Virus record (IMG/VR): IMGVR_UViG_3300007346_000222 | Span: 1 to 24,656 of that record | Strand: one strand, 5' to 3' | DNA length: 24,656 nt | DNA from: a virus | Taxonomy: Duplodnaviria; Caudoviricetes | Shown: piece after piece, positions 1-7,219 of the stretch | Layout of the letters: every line of letters begins with the position of its first letter | Numbering within the stretch: position 1 is the first letter of the stretch | Notes under the pieces: model-generated | The model's database searches: none | Seen by the model: the letters and a program-made list of their open reading frames with translations, nothing else | What the model was told of the DNA's origin: nothing | Made by a program: the position numbers and the translations under genes

Positions 1-12
1 AGAGGGAACAAA

Positions 13-1431
13 ATGATAGAACACCGAGCAGACAAATATGAGGCGGTCTCACGATACCCTATACTCAAGGGTTATTTGAGCCACTTCAAAGAAGTAAGTA
101 AGAACAACGAAATCCCCGGACTACTGTCGTTCTTTTTCATACTGGGACAAGCAGCGTTACCATACGTTCGCATCCCGGTCGGAGGGAGCAACTTATGTCC
201 GAGAGTGAGTGTGTTTTGGATTCAAGACACACGTACTGGTAAATCTGTAGCCTTTGAGGTCATTCAGAAGGTAATGAAAGACTCAGGGTTAGAAGTCGTC
301 GACTATTCGACTGGTACAGATGCAGCACTCGTAGGGTCGTTTGTTCAAGAAGAACAAGGAGAGCCACCTGTCCAAAGACCGGGTGTGCTTGCAGGGCGAA
401 AAGGTATGAACTTCGACGAAGGTTCAATCCTTCTCAAGCCTAATCAGCATTCAGAAGGAACAGTTCTGTTCCTTCAATCAGCACTCAACTCCGCAGGTAC
501 AGGTCGAAACATATTGACCAAGCACTTGCGTGACGGAACAATCACAATCAAGTCGGAAGTCAGTCTATGGATTACAACATTCCCACCGAAGGGTATCAAA
601 GAGCACGTTCTCGACAAGGGTATCTTTCAGCGTGTTTTGCTGTATTGGCGTGAGTGGACACTCGACATGAAGCGCAATGTAGCCCACGAACTTGCAGCGA
701 GCGTGCACAACAGGACAAAGCACGACATCAAGTACAGGGAGATTGTTGATTTCTTTAACGACCTACAACTTTCACTCAAGCGAAGAGTGTGTGAACTGGT
801 TGGCATTAGGCCTGTGCAATGGGACGATGCCGACGATGATACACAAGAGGGATGGGCCATGGAGGTCATGGACGAACTGTTCACAATCGATGACGGCTAC
901 GTACCTGCATTGATTGGGGCTATTGACGAGTACTACTACCTCGTTGAAAACATGGACCCACACAAGCAATCTGTTTGTGCATCGTTCATCATGGGATTAC
1001 AGAACTATACGAATGTATTGGCACACCACATGGCGATGCTTGAGGGAACGTGGGTTGTCCGTGGTGACCATATTGACATGGCGAAAGAGATTCTCTATGA
1101 CCTATACAGCAATCTGATTCAATGGCTTGAATCTGAGGTCAAAGTGGGTATGGCTCACAAAGACCGTAAGAACGTCGAGCAAGCATGGAAGATGGCTTAC
1201 AAGCGTTCGGAGCGATTCGACTTCGATGACAACCGTGGTGAAGGTTGGGTCAAGAAACGTGACCTGTACAACATGTTCGGACAAGACATGAACCTCAGCA
1301 GTGACAATTCAATCAACACCAAGTACAATCAATTCGGTGCGAAACTGTTTGAAGAAACAAGCGAAAGCCGACGTAAGTATGTCCGACTACGCAAGGAGCA
1401 CCTCAAGTTCAAGGAGGGAGACGATGCGTGA
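13..1431 (+). CDS. DUF3987/MCM-like P-loop AAA+ ATPase, putative replicative helicase (472 aa)
   Basis: Walker A-like QDTRTGKS (223-246). GTDAALVGS and PGVLAGRKGMNFDE resemble the MCM 'S.AGL' and 'GALVLAD.G...IDE' segments. IFQRVLL resembles the arginine-finger region and VRGDHIDMAKEI the lid helix. A C-terminal winged-helix-sized tail follows. The N-terminus (LKGYLSHF...EIPGLLSFFFILG...LCPRV) resembles DUF3987 proteins. AGAGGGA RBS at 1-7. Confidence 0.7.
   Translation: MIEHRADKYEAVSRYPILKGYLSHFKEVSKNNEIPGLLSFFFILGQAALPYVRIPVGGSNLCPRVSVFWIQDTRTGKSVAFEVIQKVMKDSGLEVVDYSTGTDAALVGSFVQEEQGEPPVQRPGVLAGRKGMNFDEGSILLKPNQHSEGTVLFLQSALNSAGTGRNILTKHLRDGTITIKSEVSLWITTFPPKGIKEHVLDKGIFQRVLLYWREWTLDMKRNVAHELAASVHNRTKHDIKYREIVDFFNDLQLSLKRRVCELVGIRPVQWDDADDDTQEGWAMEVMDELFTIDDGYVPALIGAIDEYYYLVENMDPHKQSVCASFIMGLQNYTNVLAHHMAMLEGTWVVRGDHIDMAKEILYDLYSNLIQWLESEVKVGMAHKDRKNVEQAWKMAYKRSERFDFDDNRGEGWVKKRDLYNMFGQDMNLSSDNSINTKYNQFGAKLFEETSESRRKYVRLRKEHLKFKEGDDA
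1411..1420 (+). promoter_or_regulatory. Shine-Dalgarno site for the zinc-finger gene
   Basis: AAGGAGGGAG ends 3 nt before ATG 1424. Confidence 0.6.
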
Positions 1432-1579
1432 GTGTTTTGTGTGTCATGACCCTGACGAATCAGCGCTACTGTTGCTCGGCTACCGAAGAAACAAAGAAGT
1501 CTGTGTATGTGAGCCATGTAGGGGCGTCTTGCAAGAGACCATCCAACAGATAATTGAGATAAAGGAACTGATAGCATGA
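1424..1579 (+). CDS. Small C4 zinc-finger protein (51 aa), ClpX-type/treble-clef-like
   Basis: ATG at 1424 follows AAGGAGGGAG (1411-1420). Sequence MRECFVCHDPDESALLLLGYRRNKEVCVCEPC has CxxC...CxxC. It overlaps the upstream stop and the downstream start. The ORF-track start at 1301 lies deep inside the ATPase gene and is unlikely. Confidence 0.7.
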   Translation: MRECFVCHDPDESALLLLGYRRNKEVCVCEPCRGVLQETIQQIIEIKELIA

Positions 1580-2187
1580 GCGACGTAATGGCACTCGACA
1601 TCGAGACTGAGAATTATTCTCATGAGATTGGCGGGTGGAACAACACCCACATGTTTGAGCCAACAGTCGTAGCGACGTGGAACGGTTCTGAGGGTGTTGT
1701 GTACTGCAACAAGTCTGAGGCCAAGAAGTTCCTACCTGATGGCGTGGTACTGAAAGAACTGCACCCTGAGACACTGGGTAACGACTTGTCCAACCACATC
1801 GCAAAAGGAGGCCGTGTCGTCGGTCACAATCTGATGAACTTCGACCTTCCTGTTTTACGAGACAGCCTTGATTGTTGGGCAGCAGGCGATGCTCTTTCTA
1901 AATCAAAGGAACACATTATCGACACGTCTGTTTTGCTACGGAGTGCAGCAAGACAACGTATACCGCTATCGGATGCATGTCGTCACACCTTAGGGAGCGA
2001 CAAACTCATGCGAAGCGAAGATGCGCCACTTGAATGGCGTAAGGGCAACTACGGCAAAGTAGCCGAGTATTGCTTGAAGGACGCACAACTGTCCTATGAG
2101 TTGTGGAATCACGGTCACCAAGAAGGCTTCGTCAAGGCAAGATGCCGAGAGTCAGGAGCCGTCACTGAATATGAGGTGACATGGTAA
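1576..2187 (+). CDS. DnaQ-like/RNase H-fold 3'-5' exonuclease, DEDDy type (YprB/RNase_H_2-like), 203 aa
   Basis: ExoI ALDIET, ExoII VGHNLMNFDLPVL, IIDT, and ExoIII YCLKD motifs are all present in the expected order. Confidence 0.85.
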   Translation: MSDVMALDIETENYSHEIGGWNNTHMFEPTVVATWNGSEGVVYCNKSEAKKFLPDGVVLKELHPETLGNDLSNHIAKGGRVVGHNLMNFDLPVLRDSLDCWAAGDALSKSKEHIIDTSVLLRSAARQRIPLSDACRHTLGSDKLMRSEDAPLEWRKGNYGKVAEYCLKDAQLSYELWNHGHQEGFVKARCRESGAVTEYEVTW

Positions 2188-2198
2188 GAGGGACAAAC

Positions 2199-3695
2199 AT
2201 GACTGGAGAAAAGAAACAAACAGCACAAAGCAACAACATCCGAGCAGCCAAACTAATCGCCGACACCGTTCGGTCGACGTTGGGTCCAGCGGGTATGGAC
2301 AAAATGATGGTTGACGGAGGTGGAAACGTCATCGTAACAAACGATGGTGCGACTATCCTACAGCAACTGGACATCGGACATCCCGGTGCGAAGATGATTG
2401 TTGAAGCAGCAAACACGCAAGAAAGCATGTGCTATGACGGCACAACGACAACAACCGTATTGGCGGGTTCTTTGCTCGGCAACAGTGAACCACTGTTCAG
2501 CAAAGGACTACACTCTAACATCATCTGTAAAGGGTATCGTCAGGCGGCGAAGTGGGCAGTTGACCACATCGAAAGCACTGCGGTTGATGCAAAGGAATAC
2601 CTGACCCACGTAGCAAAGACGGCCATTACTGGCAAGTCACTTGAAACGAGCATGGAACACGTATCAGCACTATGTGTTGAGGCAGCGGAACAAGCGAAGG
2701 GTGACATCAAGCGCATTCGTGTCATCGGGCAACCGGGTGGTTCACTCGATGATTCGCATTGCTTTGGTGGTGTCATGCTCAATCAGACATTCTTGACGCC
2801 GAACATGCCTAAAATCCCATACGGAAAGGTACTACTCATCAACACTGGCTTGTCAGTCAAGAAAGAAGAGGGCGTGCAGGTCAACCTGCAAAGCGTCAGC
2901 GACATCAAGTCCTACAAACAGTATGCTGACAAAGATGTTTGGCAAGGTAAGGTCGATGCAATCGTCGAGCAGTTGCCAAAGGGTGGTGTCGTGTTCTGTC
3001 GTGACAGCGTCAACGAACTCGTAGCAGCCCTACTCGCTAAGAATAACATCAGCGTAGCCCATCGTGTTCCGCCAAGCGACCTCGATGCACTTTCAACGAC
3101 ATTGGGAGCGCCAATCAATCACTCAGCCGATGATTCGTTGGTTGCTCAAAAAAGTGAGTATCTTATCGAACAGAAGGTAATCGGCGATATGGATTACATC
3201 CTTGTTGAAGGAGACAGGGTTACTACGCTCGTATTGCGTGGTGCTACGCGTCAGACTCTCGACGAGACGGAACGTGGGTTCGATGATGCTCTCGGCGTAG
3301 TATGCCTTGCCTACAACAGTGGCAGGGTCGTCACTGGTGGTGGCTCATCCTACGTCGGTGCAGCGCTCAACCTCCGCAGCCGTGCTGCTGAGATTGGTGG
3401 TCGAGCACAGATGGCAATCGAAGCGTTTGCTGACGCCTTAGAGACCATCCCTGCTACCATCGCTGAGAACGCAGGGTTCGTGCCTTTGGACACCATCCTT
3501 GCGCTACGCAACGAGCATCAACAAGGCAATCAAGATGCAGGTCCTGACATCGAGAACGGTGGCACTTGCTCTATGATTGAGGCAAACGTATGGGAGCCGG
3601 TTGGCTTGGTAAGGCAGGCAATCCTGTCAGCAAGTGAAGTCAGCATCAGCATTCTTCGTATCGACGACATCATCGGCAAGAAGTCCGATGACTAA
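2199..3695 (+). CDS. ths: Group II chaperonin (thermosome/Cpn60-TCP1 family), virus-encoded, 498 aa
   Basis: Motifs TLGPAGMDKM, TNDGATIL, (Y)DGTTT, VLRGAT...LDETERGFDDAL, GGG, FADALETIP..IAENAG and ILRIDDII. A helical-protrusion (lid) segment is present. The start at 2199 follows AGAGGGA. The alternative ATG at 2181 is only 1 nt from its GAGGTGA and overlaps the exonuclease gene. Confidence 0.95.
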   Translation: MTGEKKQTAQSNNIRAAKLIADTVRSTLGPAGMDKMMVDGGGNVIVTNDGATILQQLDIGHPGAKMIVEAANTQESMCYDGTTTTTVLAGSLLGNSEPLFSKGLHSNIICKGYRQAAKWAVDHIESTAVDAKEYLTHVAKTAITGKSLETSMEHVSALCVEAAEQAKGDIKRIRVIGQPGGSLDDSHCFGGVMLNQTFLTPNMPKIPYGKVLLINTGLSVKKEEGVQVNLQSVSDIKSYKQYADKDVWQGKVDAIVEQLPKGGVVFCRDSVNELVAALLAKNNISVAHRVPPSDLDALSTTLGAPINHSADDSLVAQKSEYLIEQKVIGDMDYILVEGDRVTTLVLRGATRQTLDETERGFDDALGVVCLAYNSGRVVTGGGSSYVGAALNLRSRAAEIGGRAQMAIEAFADALETIPATIAENAGFVPLDTILALRNEHQQGNQDAGPDIENGGTCSMIEANVWEPVGLVRQAILSASEVSISILRIDDIIGKKSDD

Positions 3696-3949
3696 TGCGT
3701 CCGCTGATTGATGATAGTGTCCTGTGCATGGCGTAGTAGCAGCAATGACATTTGCCCATGCCCTGACTTTTTCAGTCGTTTGCGTATGCTCTTGAGCGAT
3801 GCTCGCTCGGCTATCGGACCCAAGCCACCGTGCTTGCGAATGTAGCCACAGTTGGGACACTCGTGCAATACCACGGCTGGACCTGTGGTGTATTTGCCTG
3901 ATATAGACAGGGGTAACGCCGTCGTCTTACAGACTTCACACGTCTGCAT
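3692..3949 (-). CDS. Small Zn-ribbon protein with basic C-terminal helix (85 aa), function unknown
   Basis: CEVC...HECPNCG followed by SLKSIRKRLKK. It fills the gap between the propeller gene and the convergent chaperonin stop, with a 4-nt overlap of the two stops. Confidence 0.65.
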   Translation of the reverse strand: MQTCEVCKTTALPLSISGKYTTGPAVVLHECPNCGYIRKHGGLGPIAERASLKSIRKRLKKSGHGQMSLLLLRHAQDTIINQRTH

Positions 3950-3994
3950 CAGTTGGTCAATCAGTTCGCCGATTCAAATCAACCCTATGTCATA

Positions 3995-4891
3995 TCAGAA
4001 GGTATACCTACAAATCTTCGGCCCTATGTTACTGTCAGTTGCATCAGGATGAACCGGTGCGACAAATAATTTTGTCCCATCGGAGTTCCAAGCAAAGCCA
4101 CCAACAAAGGTGGACTGAGTGGAAGAAAATTGCCCTACATCGTTATTAACGCTCATTGAACGAGTGAATGAAGCCGATGATACATCAAAGGCACTACTAA
4201 GGTCAAACTCGGCTATTTTAGGATGATTTGCAGTTCCCGAAGAAGGATTACCTGACGAGTTTCTGTAACAGATGAACATCTTAGTCCCAGCAGGGTTGAA
4301 TCGAATACCAGTATAGTTGGTTATATTGTCGCCATCATCATCTGATGTGGAAGAAAAAGAAGTGGAAGTTTTACTACCTGCACTCAAATTCCATGCTGTG
4401 TTCAAAGAAAGTGTAGTAACTGAACTACCATCAGCAACAAACAATTTCGTTCCTGTGTCATCAAATGCTAAACCCTGCGCCCCTGCGCTATACAGACTTG
4501 AACTTACAGTTTGGGTTGTTCCAGCAGTTCCAATGTCATATGGTGTTGAAAGAGCATAACGCACTATATTGGCACTCGCAACAGTTCCACCAATATAGAT
4601 ATAATTTCCACTATCGCCAAACACTAATGACCTTGTTTGGTTTGTACTAAGTGTATCATTTGCTGATGAAAAACTGGTAGGAATTGCACTGTCATCGAAG
4701 GTGTACGAAGTAACGCTTTGGGATGTAAAATCTGCTAGAAGCATTTCACTTGGACTATTTTCTAATTCAGTAACGAGAAGACCAGTTGCCGCCACATAAT
4801 TTGAAAACGAAATACCATCTAAAGTATAAGCAGGTGCCGTTGCAGCATTAGCCTTTTGTTCGGCGCAAGAACCAGCGACAGCGAGATACAT
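3995..4891 (-). CDS. Beta-propeller protein, probable receptor-binding adhesin at the fibre tip (298 aa)
   Basis: Repeats SLVFGDSGNYIYI, GLAFDDTGTKLFV, GIRFNPAGTKMFI and GFAWNSDGTKLFV alternate with YALSTPYDIGTA, LSLNTAWNLSAG and FDLSSAFDVSSA. ATG at 4891 lies 2 nt after the fibre stop with GGGTG upstream, so the track start at 4915 is unlikely. Confidence 0.75.
   Translation of the reverse strand: MYLAVAGSCAEQKANAATAPAYTLDGISFSNYVAATGLLVTELENSPSEMLLADFTSQSVTSYTFDDSAIPTSFSSANDTLSTNQTRSLVFGDSGNYIYIGGTVASANIVRYALSTPYDIGTAGTTQTVSSSLYSAGAQGLAFDDTGTKLFVADGSSVTTLSLNTAWNLSAGSKTSTSFSSTSDDDGDNITNYTGIRFNPAGTKMFICYRNSSGNPSSGTANHPKIAEFDLSSAFDVSSASFTRSMSVNNDVGQFSSTQSTFVGGFAWNSDGTKLFVAPVHPDATDSNIGPKICRYTF
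4062..4630 (-). repeat. Degenerate protein-level repeat: four clear propeller blades of consensus G(L/I/F)xFxxxGTK(L/M)F(V/I)...LS(T/S)(A/P)(W/F/Y)D
   Basis: Seen directly in the translation. There is no exact DNA repeat. Confidence 0.8.
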
Positions 4892-4893
4892 AA

Positions 4894-6885
4894 TCAAACA
4901 CCCAAGGCAATCCAATTGTTTGAGCCAATACCAATACAGGTTACAGCATTGTACGTGCCTACAGTCGCATCGCTCGCTGCACCATTGATGTTGTTTCCGT
5001 TTCTTCCGATGGTAATGTTGCCACCTGTTGTGTTTAGGATAGTGTAATGTTCACCAGCGTTAGAAGAGGACGGTAAATTGACAGTTCCACTTGAGCCACT
5101 GTAAATGACATAGCGACCTGCATGTGTTCCTTCCACTAAAGCGAGGGGATTAGTCGAAAGAGCAAGAGCAGGTAATCGGGTGGAAACAAAGGTTTTGCCT
5201 ACTGCAATTGTTACATCACCTGTCAAAGCAAGTGTCCCTGTAACAGACTCAACAGCATTAACAGCATCAGCGTCAGCATAAGCCGTAGCACCTGTGGCTA
5301 TACCATCCAACTTTGCACCATCAACAGACAAATCACGCCCATCGACAGTTTGACTACCTGCCATTGTAATGTTACCTGACATTGTTCCACCTGCCTTCGG
5401 TAAGGCAGCATCAGCAGTTGCACCCTGTGCGGCAGTAGCATAATCTCCTGATGCCGTAGTAGCGGCACTACCTAAACCAAGAGTAGTTCTTGCGTTTGAA
5501 GCCGCCGCATCATCTATCAGTGATGCACCAAAAGTGCTTATCTTAGTGTTTGCGGGAAGGGCAAGTGTGCCTAAATCAGCATCATAACTGTCAAGTTTAG
5601 TCTTGTCGGCACTCGACATCGAACCTGCCGCACTTGTTGTAGCCGCACTGATACCGATTGTACCTGTCGTTGTAATTGTACCACCAGTGATTGGGGCGGT
5701 TGTCGCAATCGATGTTACCGTACCGACACCTGAACCTGAAAGTCCAATCACACTCCACGCACTGCCATTGTAGCCGAACGTGGCTGATTTCCCTGCCGCT
5801 ACATCGTAGTCGAGGCCAAGTGGGTCGAAGCGCAATGTGTGACTACCTGACGGATGGTACACACGAATCGTGTGGCTGTGTGGGAATGCATTCTGAGGTG
5901 TCAATGTAATGTTACCAATTGTTGTGATGACCCATATGTTCGGACCATCGAAGGTAGTAATTTGGTCGGAACCAGTTGTGATGGTCTTGACCTCGTTGGG
6001 AGCGAGTCTCCAAGTGTTGCGAGTAGGCGAACCACCTTGGTCACGTCGAGCGCTGTAGTACAACACTGCGTGCCCGTCAGGGCTGTGACTTTGCCATATT
6101 GCTCCCAGTGGCGAAGCGTTGAACGCCCCCGACTCGGCACCACTTACGACCGTGTTCATGGTATCGAGGGAACGATTAGCGTGGTCGATTGAGTCTCCAC
6201 TGGCGTAACTACCTGTGGCACCCGACGTCAGTGGTGTCAAGTACATCGGGCTGTTGCTAAGCAAACATCGCTTGTCGCTTACAGTAGGTGTATTGAGCGA
6301 AGCAGTAACGTTTGCTGCTCCACCTGTCATCGTATAGCGTAAGACAGCAAGGACGGTTGCTTCCTCGTTTTTAAAAGAGCCTCCTGTACCCTGAGGCTGA
6401 GATAAGAATGCATCGGATGTAAGAGGTGTGCCCGTTGATGTTACGACAGGTGTACCGAAGTGATGCTTGACGTTTGCAACACCAATGTTGTTGTCAGCAA
6501 CAGCGTACACGGTTACAATCACATCCGAGTTCGATGCAGGCACAGACGGTAGTGAGCCAAGGTGCCACGCCGTGTCACCCGCCGTGTAGGTCTTTGACGA
6601 GTTCGGACCATTGGCAAACGAGTACAGTACACCGCCAAGTACAGCATAACCGCCGTATACGGTGACTGAACCACCACTTGAAACAGCAACGTGACCCGCA
6701 GTGTTTGTACCTGTGTTCTGACGATTGCTATCTAAGTATGCACGGTCATCGAGACGGATGATACCGTTGCCATGCAGTCCTTCGTACAGATTTGTGAGTG
6801 ATGTGCTCGTTAGCCCTGCACCGTCTTTCAACGATTCAGATGATGCGGTTTGTCCAGTTGTATGTCCTGATAGTGGGTTGACCAT
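4894..6885 (-). CDS. Tail fibre protein, mosaic (663 aa)
   Basis: Gly/Ser/Thr/Ala-rich. Carries fibre motifs GTVTSIATTAPITGGTIT, AATTSAAGSMSSADKTKLD, SLIDDAAASNARTTLGLG, ALPKAGGTMSGNITM and VDGRDLSVDGAKLDGIA. C-terminal domain TVNLPSSSNAGEHYTILN...ITIGRNGNNING...W. GAGGTGA RBS. Confidence 0.8.
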   Translation of the reverse strand: MVNPLSGHTTGQTASSESLKDGAGLTSTSLTNLYEGLHGNGIIRLDDRAYLDSNRQNTGTNTAGHVAVSSGGSVTVYGGYAVLGGVLYSFANGPNSSKTYTAGDTAWHLGSLPSVPASNSDVIVTVYAVADNNIGVANVKHHFGTPVVTSTGTPLTSDAFLSQPQGTGGSFKNEEATVLAVLRYTMTGGAANVTASLNTPTVSDKRCLLSNSPMYLTPLTSGATGSYASGDSIDHANRSLDTMNTVVSGAESGAFNASPLGAIWQSHSPDGHAVLYYSARRDQGGSPTRNTWRLAPNEVKTITTGSDQITTFDGPNIWVITTIGNITLTPQNAFPHSHTIRVYHPSGSHTLRFDPLGLDYDVAAGKSATFGYNGSAWSVIGLSGSGVGTVTSIATTAPITGGTITTTGTIGISAATTSAAGSMSSADKTKLDSYDADLGTLALPANTKISTFGASLIDDAAASNARTTLGLGSAATTASGDYATAAQGATADAALPKAGGTMSGNITMAGSQTVDGRDLSVDGAKLDGIATGATAYADADAVNAVESVTGTLALTGDVTIAVGKTFVSTRLPALALSTNPLALVEGTHAGRYVIYSGSSGTVNLPSSSNAGEHYTILNTTGGNITIGRNGNNINGAASDATVGTYNAVTCIGIGSNNWIALGV

Positions 6886-6886
6886 G

Positions 6887-7219
6887 TTAGTTCACCTCGA
6901 TAATTGTTGAGAATATCAGTTCGGTATCGGACGACTTCGTGATTGCGTCGTACGTGTATCGGAACAACGCTCGGTCAGCCGAGCGAATGCATACCTCTCG
7001 GAGAGGTAAGGTAAATGAATCAGTCGTCGTCAGTTTAGCCTCGACTGAAATGGTGTTGTCGTCGACAATACGGACAACAGGCGTGACTGTGACAGCAGGG
7101 CGACCTGCTCCGCCATCTTCACTGGTGGCAATGCCCCCATCAAAGCCAAAGACCACTTGCGTAATCTCCTCAGCCAACTTATCCACTACAAATCGGTGTC
7201 CTGATGTCAATAACGGCAT
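6887..7219 (-). CDS. Small baseplate/tail-collar adaptor (DUF3751 tail-collar-fibre-like fold), 110 aa
   Basis: ITQVVFGFDGG ... ISVEAKL ... PLREVCI ... LFR ... ITKSSDTEL resembles the tail-collar fibre N-terminal domain pattern. It sits between hub and fibre, and its ATG directly follows the hub TGA. Confidence 0.55.
   Translation of the reverse strand: MPLLTSGHRFVVDKLAEEITQVVFGFDGGIATSEDGGAGRPAVTVTPVVRIVDDNTISVEAKLTTTDSFTLPLREVCIRSADRALFRYTYDAITKSSDTELIFSTIIEVN
6892..6898 (-). promoter_or_regulatory. Shine-Dalgarno site (GAGGTGA) for the tail fibre gene
   Basis: GAGGTGA lies 6 nt upstream of ATG 6885. Confidence 0.7.

Noticed and set aside
2199-3695. Window as a cellular archaeal chromosome segment because of the thermosome
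   Set aside because: All neighbours are viral-type replication or tail genes, and the chaperonin is shortened and divergent. A provirus cannot be excluded, but no integrase, att site or host flank is visible.
3950-3994. Short palindromes (GATTCAAATC, TATGTCATA) in the only sizeable intergenic gap, as a terminator or operator
   Set aside because: The 4-bp arms are within chance expectation and there is no T-tract or stable hairpin.
3995-6885. Diversity-generating retroelement or invertible shufflon acting on the fibre/adhesin
   Set aside because: I saw no reverse transcriptase, invertase, near-identical template/variable repeat pair or flanking inverted repeats in the window.
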